Positions 42,480 to 56,662 of a stretch of 64,000 bases of DNA are shown here, piece after piece (the stretch's first letter is position 1; each line of letters begins with the position of its first letter). The stretch covers positions 806,001 to 870,000 of the forward strand of contig MCFH01000006.1 in the NCBI GenBank assembly GCA_002104945.1, in the 5' to 3' direction. The notes below the pieces were generated by a model, which was not told the origin of the DNA, made no database searches, and saw only the letters and a program-made list of their open reading frames with translations. The position numbers and the translations under genes were made by a program. This stretch comes from Piromyces finnis finn. Taxonomy: Eukaryota; Fungi; Neocallimastigomycota.

Positions 42480-44402
42480 ACACTTCCTTCTAGACCATAC
42501 TTGAACTTTTCGCGATATTCTAGTTCTATTTAAATATTGTTGAATTCTTTTTGCTTTTGAAGAAAGAATTGAAGATAAGGTTGGATTATACGCTTTGGAA
42601 GTTATATTATAATTTGAGGTTAAATACAATGAATAACGCTTTTTGGTTCTACGACTAAATATAACTTTTTGTGAAAAATCCGTTGTTAATGATATACTGC
42701 ATAATGCTTTATCTTTAATACAACGACAATATTCGCAAATTAATGGTTTATCTGACATTATACTATTTTCACCTTTAAATATATTTTATTTATTTACCAA
42801 ATGTTAGTATAAATTTATATTATATTATATTTTATTTTTTTTTTTTTTTACTTATATAAATATTATTGCATACCATTAATTTTATTTAATTTTTGTACCC
42901 AATTATCATCCTTTATACCATCTACAGGATTTTTAGAGTTAGAGTAATAAAGTTCATGATGCTTTATTTTTCTACAGCATTCATCACAAATAATATGTGT
43001 TAGATTAGGGTTGTTCATTTGATCATCCTCATTATTATTTCGTTTCTGCAAAGAAAATGATGAACGTGATTTATACTGTTGTCTTCGTTTCATTAACATT
43101 TGCTTTCTGCGTCTATCTTGAGCATTTAATTCTTTGTCAGGTTCAAAAGTATTACTATTACTTCTAAATGAGAAATTTTTTACATTTTGATTATTATTAA
43201 AATTGAAATTAATAATATTATTCTTATTACGAATAGTTTCATTATCATCAATATCTGAATCTAGATCGGCGTCATCATCTGAATCATCATCTTTATATCG
43301 ATTTAAACTATAGATATTTTTAAGCTTATCATATTGATTTTTTCTCCTTCTTCTCCTTCTTCTTTCATAATTAACATCAAAATAATTATATATATACCGT
43401 TTTGATAATCTAGTATTTGAAGTGTTTGCTTGAGTAAAAAGCTGACTTTTATTTGAATTTCCAAATATTGAGTCTATGGTATCTATTGAATTAAAATAAT
43501 TTCTGTTACGAGATTTTTTAATATTTTCATCATTTTCATAATAATATTTTTGTAAACAATCAAATAATGATTCATTATCTCTATGCACTATTTATTATGA
43601 AACAATATATTTTTCATATTTTAGTTATAAATTCTAAACTACATAATGTATATATTATTTATAATTTACTTTGTCGCCTGGAAAAGAAATCTTTTTCTCT
43701 CATATTTTTTGTGCGTTTACGATATATACTTGCACGTTGATCTTTTTTTTCTTTGTCAGTTAAATTACAAAAAGATAATCTAAATCCATTGCTACTTTTA
43801 TATAGCTGGGGACGTCTTTTTCTACTAGGTGATATGATTGTTGTCGTATCATCTAATTCATTTAAATTAAAAAAAAAAAAAAAGAGAAAAGATATAAATA
43901 TTAAAAACTTATAAAGAATATTTCAATTTAGTAATTAATATGTCAAATGCGATAATTAATTACTTGAGGAAGCATCAAATTCAAAGCTTATATTTTCAAA
44001 TGGGAATGAAGAAACATTAAGATTAGGAAAATAACTTGAATTATTCTGCTGAATTGGCCTAAAATTTTGATTTGCATTTACTCTTTTTGATAAATGATAA
44101 TCAGTAATTATATTATTTACAGCAAAATCGAGATTTTTTATTTTTTCTTTTGTTATTTGTTTTTCTAATGTATTCAAAATATATTAACATTTAGCGTTTT
44201 ATTAAAAGCATAAATAAAAAAATGAAATTAATAATTCTTTTTTAAAAAATAATAGAATATATATGTGTACATATATAATATTCAAACATTTACCAATTCT
44301 TGCTTTAAATTTGCTTTTTCTTAACACAACAACTGAAGATTGTTTTGATATAAAGGCAGAAGTACTATTATTTCTTCTTTTATTATCCAATATATTTAAC
44401 AT
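40758..44402 (-). CDS. Multi-exon protein with a long low-complexity N-terminal region, CxxC motifs and a C-terminal GNAT acetyltransferase domain
   Basis: Five ORF-track segments plus two small exons join through GT-AG introns. The C-terminus VAVMEY..WLEVIAVKQEYKGLGIGKLLMNRM...LLYSLDDVISFYKQFDF matches GNAT motifs A and B. The last exon (FMTKRCKIPKNIFIPS*) ends at 40758. Confidence 0.8.
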
Positions 44403-47173
44403 TTTATTTCCAAAAGAATATATTAATTATAATCTATAATTATAAGACAAAAATGATTTATAATAAAATAACTTTTTTTTCTATAAGCTATATAAAAAAT
44501 TGAAACAATTTCATTATTCTTTTTTTAAAAAGAATATAAAATAAAATAAAAAACAATATTAATTATTTGAGTTTATACAGTGAATATGATGTAATTCCAA
44601 AATATATTTTATTATTTTATTATATTATTATAAATATAATTATAATTATTTAATTTAATATTTACTAAAATAATAGATACACGTTTATTAAGAAATAAAT
44701 TTCATTAAAATAAATTTATTTCTTATATTGTTAATAATTTTTAGGTAAATATACTTAATCTGAGATTATCTAAATTTTATATATATGGGGTATATTTTTA
44801 AATTGAATATATATATTTTATTATTCAATTATTTTTAATTTCTAAATTTGAATATTTAAGATATTGTATTTTGTTAATTTCTTCTCTATGTTATTCATAA
44901 AATCAAAAAATATACAATTGATGTACTGTTTTACAAATGAATTAATATATCATATGATAAATAAAGCTATTTTGATATAGTAAATGAATTAATTATTCTG
45001 CTAATATTTACAATGGCTTATAATAAAAAATATTAATACATAAAAAAAAAATATCAAAAAATAAATTGGAAAAAAAAAAAAAGAAAACCGTAAAGAGAAA
45101 ACAGAAGAAAAAAAAAAAAAAAAAAAAAAAGCAAAATTGTATTTATTTTATATACAGTAATATTAATATATATATTATAAATAGATATAAGTATCTATTG
45201 ATGATAATTATTTAATAATAACTATCAATCTTTTAAATTATTAACATAATTAATTAATAATTAAATTTACTTTCGTTTTATTTACTTTCAATTTATATTA
45301 TTATAGAAAATAATTATATAATTGTTATTATACAAATATTATAATACAAATGTTTCTATTACTATGTCTGAATATATATATTAATGTTATATTTTAATAA
45401 TTAATAAATTAATTTTATATTATGAATATCAATTATTATTTTTTATTAAATATTTTTTTCTTAATTAAAGAAAGAAAAAAAATATGTTAAATTATGATAT
45501 AGAATAAAAAAAATGAACTTTTTTAAAGCTTATATAATTATTTTATAAAGATTATTTATTATTAATTTTTCCTTAATAATTATATATTTAATAATTTGTA
45601 ATAATATGTAGCGTAGCATAAATTATAATTATACATTTTATACAATCAAGAAATTATATTTAAACATAATATGTGTACAACATATAACGAATAATTTACA
45701 TACTGTAATATATTGTAGATGTATTATTTTATATATATTATTATCATTGAAATTAATTAAAAATTTAATAATAAATAATGTCAATCTAATATATTTTAAA
45801 AAATATTTTTTATCTATTCCATATTCTTTAATTTTAATTTAAAAAGATAACAATCAATACAATAAATTATTCCACATATTTATATAGGATGGATTTGTTC
45901 AATACTAACATTGATAACTCAACGCGTATAGCTGTAATATTTATTTTATTCCCATAGCAATAATTCATACTTTATTATTATTTAATTAGAATAATAATTA
46001 AATAGTATCTTATTTTCTTATTTTATATCAATATGAAAATAACATTTTGTATTTATAAATGACATATAAATTTATTATAATTTATATTCATAATAATAAA
46101 ATTTCTAAATATAACATTATGGTAAAAAATTATTCCAAAAACCCATAAAAACTCAGATGATAAATTCTATATTATAAAATACATTTAATTATATTTCACT
46201 TTCATAATTACTATAATATTCAATAAAAATACAAAAATAATGTTTTTTGGTTATTGATCATGTATTAAAATGGCCAATCATTTTATGGATACATAGATAT
46301 TCTATTATAGTATAATATATTAATTGTAATTAATGTATAAAGTATTTACTGTACTATATTATTTATATTAATTTCAATATACATTAAATTTTTTTGTAAA
46401 ATATCAAATATTATTATTATTTAATATATATTACTTTATATTTAAATATATTTTTATATTCTATTATATTATATAAATAATTGATTTTATTATTTTTAAT
46501 TTATTTTATATTACTTAATATATTTTATATATTGTATTAATATATATTAATATATTGCCATTATGTAACCGAAATTTTATGAGAAAAAAGGAAGCTATTT
46601 AATAACTTACTCCAATTAAAATATATCAATATATTACAACTTAATTTATTACAGTTTTAAAAAAAACAATTATTACTACGATTTACTAAGAAAAATAAAA
46701 ATTGCTTATTTGCATCGTATAATTAATTATTTTATATAAAAATTATATATATTCATTATTAATAAAAAAAAAAAAAAAACTTATGATAATTAATATATAT
46801 TTTTAACATTTTAGTTGATTTTAAAAATTTACTTTTTTGTCAAAATTTTTTCTTTTAAAACTTTTCTTTTTTGAAATTTAAAATTAAATTTTTATTCAAA
46901 AAAGAGAACAAGAAAAAATATAAAAAATAAAAAATAAAAAAGTTAATAATAATAATAAATAATATTAATAATAAAAAAATAATTTATTATTAACAACAAA
47001 TATATAATTATTGTAATTTTCATATAGTACTTCTTTTATTATTACTATTATTATTATTATTATTATAGTTGTTGTTGAACATAAATATATATAAATTTTT
47101 TTTCATCATTCAATCTAATTAAAAAAAGGAAGGAGAGAAGTTAAAAATATTAGTATTTTAAGAAATATTAAAA

Positions 47174-49719
47174 ATGCAACAACAAATCCAAACTGAAGAT
47201 AATATTTCTTCTTTAAAAGAAAATCTTCAAGAAGTAGAAAAACCAATAGTCAGAATTGACTCAAAATTTGCTTCAGATTCTGTAACTGATTTAATTGCAA
47301 ATGATAAAGGTGATGATAAAAGTATTCAAGATGTTTTTATGGAAAGACGTAATTTATTACTTGGATTAATTAATGGAACAAAAACATTATTAACTAATAT
47401 GAGAGCCAATCGTAACAATTGGCCAGTTCAATATCCTATTAAGAGTAATAATGAAATAAACAAAAAAACAGATGATATTCTTAAAAAAGGTACAGAAGAA
47501 AATATAAATTTCGATGATGATAATCTTGAAGTTCTTCGCTTAAACTTAAAGGTCGAAAATTATACTGATTCTATGGCAACTGCATGGGATAATGCTATTA
47601 TTGCACATTTAGATAGTAAAATATTAGAAAGTACTCGTCATTTAGAAAAATTATATATGAGAATTTCAGATACAAGCTCAAAAGTATTAATTACTGGTGA
47701 CCTTAACGCTGGTAAAAGTACCTTTGTTAATGCTATTTTAAGAAAAACTGTTGTTCCACAAGACCAACAACCATGTACCGCTGGTTTTTGTGAAGTAGTC
47801 GATGCTAAAAATAATGATGGAATTGAAGAAATTCATGCAATTGATGATCCAGAAGCATATAATCGTGAAGACCCATCAACTTTTACTCGTTTCGAACTTG
47901 ATCACTTAAAGCAAGTTGTTACTGAAAATGCTCATCAATTCACATTATTCAAAATCTATTGCCAAGATGATCGTACTGAAGAAGAAAGTTTATTAAATAA
48001 TGGTGTTGTTGATATTAGTTTAATTGATTCACCGGGTCTTAATATAGATTCTCTTAAAACAACAGCTTTATTCGCTCAACAAGAAGAGATTGATGTTATT
48101 GTTTTTATGGTCAATGCAGAAAACCATTTTACTCTTTCAGTAAGTAAAATATTATCAACTATTATTTCAAAAATCTAATTTAAATATTTTAAAATTAAAA
48201 TTATAAAATAATTTTAAATAATAATTTTAAATAATAATTTTAAATAATAACTTCTAGGGTAAGCAATTTTTAACAAATGCTGGAAAAGAAAAGGGCTATA
48301 TATTTATTGTTATTAACCGTTTTGATCAAATTGAAGAACCAGAAAGATGTAAACGTGATATTTTATCACAAATTGAAAAAATATCACCAAAAACTTATGC
48401 AGATGCTGATAATTTAGTTCACTTCGTTAGTGCTAAAAAAACTCTTCAAGAACATAAAAAAGGTAATCACGGTACTAAAGAATTTGATGACCTTGAAAGT
48501 TGTTTAAGAACCTTTGTTTTGGAAAAAAGATGTAAGTCTAAGTTAAATCCAGCAAAGGTATACTTAGAAAATATTTTAAAGGATATTAAAAGTATTTCTG
48601 AATACAATAAGCAATTAGAAATAGAAAAAATTAAAACTATTCAAGAAAAAATTGATGGTGAAATGCCAAATTATTATAACTTAAAGAGTGTAAAGGAAGA
48701 AGTTTCAGATGATATTGATAGAATTATTGATTCTACTAGTAGTAAGGTTCAAGCTTATACAAAAGATTATTTAGGAAGATTTGTAAAAGAATTAGAAAGA
48801 TATTCATTAGAAGTCGAATATAATGGTTTCATATATGCATGGAAATATGCAAATGAACTTAGAAACCACTTATATCAATTAGCTGCTAAAAGAGCTAGAT
48901 ATTGTGCTAAATTTGGTCAAAAATCCGCTGCTGAATGTATTGAACATGTAAAAAACATGATCAAAGATGTTGAAATTGATGAATCAATTACTTCTGTTTT
49001 AGATCCAACTAATGTTGATTCAATAATGGGTGATGAAGAATATTTAGCTCCAAAAATTAATGGAAATACTAAAGATAAAAATATTATAAAGGCTATTAGT
49101 CTTGAATTTTCTGATTTCTTTGATTTAGAAGATCAATTAGAATTAGTTAAAGATTACTTACCAAGTTTCGCTATGCTTGCCTCTGGTATATACGGTTATC
49201 ATAAATTAGCTGGTCAACTTATTAGTGTAGGAAACCGCATTGGTATAGAAAATATTGCAAAGGGTTGTTTTATAGCTTTAGGAATTGCAGGTAAATATTA
49301 AAAAAAATAGTAAATATTATTTGATAACATTATAACTAATTTTTTAATAAATTATAAAAACAAAATGTATAATAGGTTTAGGATCTTTAACCTATGCAAT
49401 TTCAAATATGAAAAGTACCATTGAACATAAAGTTACCCAAAAAGTACGTAATCATTTACGTACTATTGAATATGTAGACAATAATGTTGATCGTATTTCA
49501 AAGAATACCAGAAGGTCATTACGTGTAGTATTATGGGACTTCCACAACCAATTCTCTAAAACTTTCGAGTCAACTATAAAGAAACGTGAAGAATATGAGC
49601 ATGAACAACGTATGGCAGAAGATGCAAAGGAATTCTTTGCTTCTATATCTAGACGTAGTGAAGAGTTAAGAAATGTTGTCAATACAGTTGATCTTGAAAA
49701 TACTACAAAAATTCATTAA
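47174..49719 (+). CDS. FZO1: Mitofusin / Fzo1 dynamin-like GTPase; exons 47174-48139, 48258-~49290, ~49377-49719
   Basis: G1 TGDLNAGKSTFVNA, G2 QPCT, G3 LIDSPGLN, QEEIDVIVFMVNAENHFTLS and G4 NRFD; hydrophobic hairpin near the C-terminus followed by a heptad segment. Confidence 0.92.
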
Positions 49720-50293
49720 ATATCGACTACCAATTGTTTAATTATTTTTAAAAACATCTCTCATAATTTATATATATAATATTTATTTTATTTTAAAAAG
49801 AAAAAAATTAAATTTTCTATTCCTTTTTATTTTTTTCTTTTTTTTTTTTTATTTTTAACCATATATATATAATTTGCTTCTAAGAAAGATTCATTTATCA
49901 AAATAATAATAACAACAATAACAATAAAGATAATAAAGATAATAATTATATATATATGAATAATAATTAGATATATAAAAATAAAATAATAAAAATATAA
50001 AATAAAAATAAAAAAATAAAAAAATAAATAATCAAAAAAATAAATAAATAAAATGTAAAAATAAAAATAAAGAAAAATAAAAATATATAATTAAAAATAA
50101 TAATGGTGAATGGATAATTCAATGTCGGTATTATAGGTTGTTTGCTTATAAATTCTTTTAAAAAAAAATGTAGACGATGTTATAATTAATATTTTAATTA
50201 TATGTTTTAGCTCAAAGATTATTAAAAATTTCTATATATAAACTTATAATATTTATTATTATTATTATTATTATTATATTTGATTTAATATAA

Positions 50294-50332
<39 letters not shown>

Positions 50333-51432
50333 GATTTTCACAATTTGTTGAGTTTCTTTTTTTTTTTTTTCATAATTAATTAATCAATTAAAAAATAATA
50401 ATAAAAATAAATATAGATGCTCAGCGGTTTCAATGTGGAATACATGAATTAATTTACATTAATTTACATTTAAATATTCATATTTATTAAGATTATAATT
50501 AAAAAGTTTAATTTTTATAAAATTTTTCGAAGAAAAAAGTTGATACCTATTAATTTCAAATAATAAACTTTATATAGAAAAAAAATAAATCAAGCAGTAA
50601 TTTATAGTTTATAAAAAAAATAATTAAATCAAGCAGTAATTTATAGTAAAGTAAAAGAAAACAATATTTAACTATTTTAATATATATCTAATACAATAAA
50701 TTCAATTATATAAAGTAATAATAATAAATAGCATGAAATAAAAATAATAATAATAATTTTATTTTATTTTATTTTATTTTATTTTATTTTAAAAGAAATA
50801 TAGAAATTCAATTTATATAAATATACATTAACAATTTATTATTTATTAGAAAGATAAGATAAAAGTCATTAATTTGTATTATTTTTCAACTACACATAAT
50901 TTTAACAATTTCAATAATTCATTATATTCATTCTCACCTCTATCTTATATCTTAGCGATAACTAATAATATGTATTTTAAATAAATTTTACTTTTCTTAT
51001 ATAGAGATACTTTCATTATTAAAAAAATAAAAAAAATAAATTAGAATCTATTCCTCAATTAACTTTTTTTTATTATATGCAAAATTCATAATGCGTAAAT
51101 TAAGTTTTTTTCTATTATTAAAATATTTGAGTAATACTATTAAATTAAATTTATGAAACATAAAAATAAAAATAAAAAAATTATGAATTTAAAATAAATT
51201 ATTTCAAACTGTAAATATTAATAGTTTTTGTAGGCTTGCAATATAAATTGAAACGAAAAATTGAAAAAGAATTCTTACTTTTTCTAACTATCTTTTATTC
51301 ATCAATTATTTTATTTTTACTATTTTAAATTGCTTATAAAATTTATATTTTTATTTCTATAAAAAAATAAAAATTGTATAAAAACTTGAAATTTAATAAT
51401 CAAAATAATTTTGAAATTTAAATTAGATAAAA

Positions 51433-52980
51433 ATGGTTCGTAATATTCAAACATTTGTAATATTAGGTTTAATTGCATCATTAGCCAAAACTTTTCCAGT
51501 CAGTATTGATAATGTGGAAGAAATAAGTGAAACTGAAGGCGTTCAAACAATTTACGACGTCTTCGCAGCACCAACTACTAGCATTGATTCAGTTGAAACA
51601 ACTATTGTTCAACCAATTGAAAATGCTATATATAGTATTGCTGAACCTTTAGAAGAAGTTATTTCTACAACAAAACAATCTACTATAATAAATGAAATCC
51701 CAACAGATTCTGTTAATACACAAATAATTGAGGAAGAAAATACTCAAATAGTTGAAGAAAATACTCAAATAGTTGAAGAAAATGCTACTCAAACTGACGA
51801 AGAATTTACTGTAGCAAGTATTCAAGAAACTATTGAAGAAGATGTTATTGTAGGTGTTCAAGGTATTGATAATGATGATAAGGAAGATATTATTGAAGTT
51901 GCTGAAAATATATCGACATCAGTTTCTGACGATGTAACTGCTCAAACAAATGAGCAAGAAAATAATGATGAAACCGACGAAATTCAATTTGAACTTTTTG
52001 AAGAAAATGAAGATGGTGAAGAAGGAGATGATGAAATAACTGCTGCCGGAGAAATTGATGAAGAATTAAACTCCGTCCAAAATAATAGTAATTCTGCCGA
52101 AGGTGCTACTGCCGAAGCTGCTACTGCTGAAGCTGCTACTGCTGAAGCTGCTACTGCTGAAGCTGCTACTGCTTATCAAAATTTAGCTTTAGAAGCTTTA
52201 AATAGATTAAAAGTTTTCCACATTTTCCGTGATTCCAAGTTAAAAAAAAGAAATTTTATTTTTGACCTTTTTGGAAGTAAAGACAATAAGTCAGATGAAA
52301 ATAAGATTGAATTAATCTTTAATGAAGACGAAGCTGAAATGCAAACTAATATTCCAGTTATCGAAACTCAAATTTCAGAAATTCAAACTGAAGTTCCAGA
52401 AACTGAAGCTATTACTAGTTATATAGAAGAAGTTCAAACTACTGAAATTACTCAATTTGAAGTTCCAACAGAAATCTTTGAAGAAGAAACAGAACAACCA
52501 AAATCTGAAAGATGTATTAATGAAGAATGTGATGAATTTGAAGTAAAAATTGCACTTTTCGATATAGAAAATGAAACTAATAAAATTGAATTTGAAACTG
52601 TTACTGAAATGGTTACTGAAGTTCATGTTGTTTCCGCTATTATTGATGACGAACAACCATCTATTGCTCTTGATATTGAAACTAAGCCAGATTTTGAAGA
52701 TATTTTCAATCCTGAACTTGAAGATGAAATTCCATTAATTGGTGTCATTGAAGAAATTGATGATGAAGTACAAATTGCAAAGAAGGATAATATTTATTTC
52801 GAAGTAAATTTTGAAGTTATTGAAGTTAATGAACAAGCAACCCCAACTGAAGAAACTACAGACTCTCTTGTTATAAGCGGTATTTTAATTAATCTTTCTG
52901 AACAAGATGAAACTACTGAAACTATTATTGCTGAAACAGCTACTGATGTTATTGAAGAAGAACCATCTATCATTAATTAA
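51433..52980 (+). CDS. Secreted, highly acidic Glu/Thr-rich low-complexity protein; single exon
   Basis: Signal-peptide-like N-terminus MVRNIQTFVILGLIASLAKTFP; EENTQIV x3 and AATAE repeats; internal KKR site; no transmembrane or GPI-like C-terminus. Confidence 0.85.
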   Translation: MVRNIQTFVILGLIASLAKTFPVSIDNVEEISETEGVQTIYDVFAAPTTSIDSVETTIVQPIENAIYSIAEPLEEVISTTKQSTIINEIPTDSVNTQIIEEENTQIVEENTQIVEENATQTDEEFTVASIQETIEEDVIVGVQGIDNDDKEDIIEVAENISTSVSDDVTAQTNEQENNDETDEIQFELFEENEDGEEGDDEITAAGEIDEELNSVQNNSNSAEGATAEAATAEAATAEAATAEAATAYQNLALEALNRLKVFHIFRDSKLKKRNFIFDLFGSKDNKSDENKIELIFNEDEAEMQTNIPVIETQISEIQTEVPETEAITSYIEEVQTTEITQFEVPTEIFEEETEQPKSERCINEECDEFEVKIALFDIENETNKIEFETVTEMVTEVHVVSAIIDDEQPSIALDIETKPDFEDIFNPELEDEIPLIGVIEEIDDEVQIAKKDNIYFEVNFEVIEVNEQATPTEETTDSLVISGILINLSEQDETTETIIAETATDVIEEEPSIIN

Positions 52981-53139
52981 TATTTTATCATATAAAGTTT
53001 TTTTATTCTGTAATATAATAATATAATTATTATAATTAAATATGTATATGTAAAATATTATTAATATTTTAGAGAAAAAATTAGTAAAAGTTTTAAATTA
53101 TTATTTTAGAAAAAAAAAATTTAGTAATAAGTTATATAT

Positions 53140-53175
<36 letters not shown>

Positions 53176-53384
53176 AGTAAAAAAAATGTAAAATCTTATT
53201 TTATAAATAAAAATTATAATAAAATATTCCAATATTAAAAATTAACTTTTTTTTTTGTTCAATTTAATTTAATTTTTTAAAAAAATAATAATAATAATAA
53301 TAATTATTGATAAACTATTACATAAAAATTGAAAATTTATAGAAATTTAATTCACTTAAAAAATAAATGAAATAGTAATATAAG

Positions 53385-54830
53385 ATGATTACTAATGAAA
53401 AAAAACAAAAAAACTTAATATCCACGTTATCCTCTTGGAGAAAATCATTAACTTATTCTAATAAAATGTATTTCAAAATTTTTTTCAAACATTTTATATC
53501 AAACTTTTACTAATTTCATTCAATTTAAATACTATAAACAATAGAAATCCTCAGAATTATGTAGATACCTTTAGAATAGATGTAGAGGATGAAAGTGAAG
53601 AAAAATGGCCAACTTCTATTGCAACCGTATAATCATTTCAATTATGTTTATATATATATAATTTTAACTTTATCAATTTTGTAACACTAAATATTAAAAA
53701 ATATTTAATATTTCAAAATGACTATTTATTTTAGAATGGAGATTATATCGCATACACATCAGCGGTTAAAAAAACAAACTTTGTTATATATAAAGATTTA
53801 GCAGAATCGAAATTTGATATAATTGAAGAAAATAATGAAAATAATAGTGAAAGAGGAAGTAGTGAAGATATGAACAGTAATGAAGAATCTTGGGAATATA
53901 TAAGCAGATACAGTGTACAATATAAAAAAATTTACTATATAATAATTAGAAAATAAAAAATAAAAATTAAAAAAAATAATAATAATAATTTAACAGTAAT
54001 ATATATATATTGTTTTATACTACTTTTTAATTAAATGTTTTTATAACAATTACAGACTGTTCATAAAAATAGTTATAATTATCCACTTTACAATGTTTCA
54101 TGGGAAAAAAATTTTATTGCTCTTGGTTCTGAGAATGGAAGAGTCAATCTATTGAAAATATCAAATGAATCATTAGAGAATAGTGAGGGAACTATTATAC
54201 CAGATGACGAAACAATGTGTGAAATGCAAAGTTTAAATGTACAATCCATTACTTTGAAAATTTTTCATATAAAAGAAATATTTTATAATAATATATTTAT
54301 ATTATAGAATAAGTACATATTAATGAATGATAAATAAATGATAAAAAAAATTAAAATATTTTTTTGTTTTATGAAATATTTTATTATTTAATTAAATAAT
54401 TAGACTAAAGTCATGCCTTCACTTCCAAATCAATTTGTATTTTCTCAAAGAATACATTCAGTAGAATTAAATCCAACCCCAATAAGTAAAAATATTTCAC
54501 CAACTCATTTTATTGCAACAGAAAGAAATTTAATTCATTTATGGAATATTGAAAGACAGTTTTATGTCAATAATGAACAAGTAATACTATCATCTAATTG
54601 ATTATGTTAAATTAATCATATAAATATAATACTTATAATACATATATTAATAATTATATCTTAATGGTATATAAACATAAGACTGAGTTAGATACAATTT
54701 ATAAAGCAAAGTTTTGTCCACATTTATCAAGTAGTCACTTAATAGCAGCAGCTGGTTCAAATGGAAAATTACAAATTTATGATAGCACTAAATTTAATAA
54801 AAATGGGATTGTAAATATTAATATATCAAA

Positions 54831-54871
<41 letters not shown>

Positions 54872-56631
54872 ATTTTGATTTATAATGATTTTAATGGTAT
54901 AATTATTGTTATTATTATTAAATATTGTTTCTAACAAAGGTATGGAAATGTACATCATCTAAAAAAAACATAGAAATAACAGATATAGCATGGAACCCTT
55001 TTGTTCCATATTGGTTAGCAGTATCAAGTATATAAAATATAAATAATTATAATAAATATTATCTTAACATTTATTTAATAATAATAATTAATAACAATTA
55101 ATAAAAATCAATAATAGGATCAGATGCTATAGTTAATATTTGGGATCTGAGATATAACAAAGGACACGTTGGGCAAATTAGTGGTCATTATCATTCAATC
55201 AAATCCGTAAGTAGAATATTGTTAATTTTATATAACTTAGAATATAACATTAAAATACTATTCACATTACATTGAAAATAATATTAATTCATATCATTAA
55301 GATTGCATGGTCAAATACTCATTCAGAAATCTTAGCTACAGGTAGCTTAGATAGAAGCTTCAATACATGGAACTTCAAAAATGGAAGCTACTATACATTA
55401 GAAAATAAGAAAAATAAAAATACTCTTTTTGAAGAATATAATTCCAATATATTAAATAATGAAAATATTTTAAATTTGGAAGATTACGAACAGCAAAAAA
55501 TATTAAATGCTAAATTAGTAACTTCATATAAAGAAGAATATGGAGGGGGAATTATTAATGGTAAATATAAATATCGGAATAAGATTGAAATAAGAAGGAA
55601 TAATACATTAAATATTTTTATTATAAATAAATTCATAATATAATTTAGTAATATCATCAAAGTCAAAACCTGATGTATTTTATGCATTAACAAATAATAA
55701 TGAAATATTCATACATACATTGAAAAATGACTTATATGAAGAAATGATTTCTTACAAGTAAATTAATAAAAATAAATATAATAATCTAAAGGTTTTAATA
55801 CTTATCATTTTTTGACATTATTAGTAACTATATACTATACAAATCAATATATTATATATTATATATAATAAAATAGATATGATAGTTTACAAAGTCTTGA
55901 AAGAAAGGTAGAAGTAAATAATTACGAAAGAAATATTGGAAATGCATATAAAAATATTATATCATTATCTAAACTTCAAAAAGAAGAAAGGTAATAATAT
56001 AAATATATATAAAAAAATCAAATAAATAATAATGATAACTAAGTTATTTAATGTTAATTATTATTTATATTTATAGTGTACTAGCAGATTTAATTGATAT
56101 GTGTACACCATATCCAGAAATTAAATCAGAAACTTGGGAATTCCCATCGTTGAAGAAATCTGAAGAAAATATATCAAATAATTGTGAACAAAAATATATA
56201 AAACAATTTAAGGAAGATTTAGAAAAATATTCATTTAAACTTCCTCCAGGTTATGCTTGCCAAGATGAAAAATGGCTTGGTGGCGTAAGTTATATTATAA
56301 CTATTTTTCTACAATTTTCAATAATATTAATATATTAATAATATTTATAAAAAATAAAAATAAAAGATAAACGAAGAATTAAAAGAAGAAATAAAAATTG
56401 TTCAATTAAGAATTAATACTTTATCAAGTATTAAGTCTAATAAATGGGAATTTATTACAGAAAATAAAGAGTAAGTATTAATTTATAGTTAATAATATAA
56501 TATATTGCATTGTATTATTACAATTTATTTAAAATATTTCTTTTATATTTTCATAATGTCAAAAATTATTTAGAAAATTATTAGAAGTATTAGAAAAAGA
56601 CCAACTATTTATGGAAGCTGATGAAATTAAG

Positions 56632-56662
<31 letters not shown>

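Noticed and set aside
50587-50647. 22-bp direct repeat aaatcaagcagtaatttatagt, two copies
   Set aside because: Only two copies with a short AT spacer; a local slippage duplication, not CRISPR-like and not evidently regulatory.
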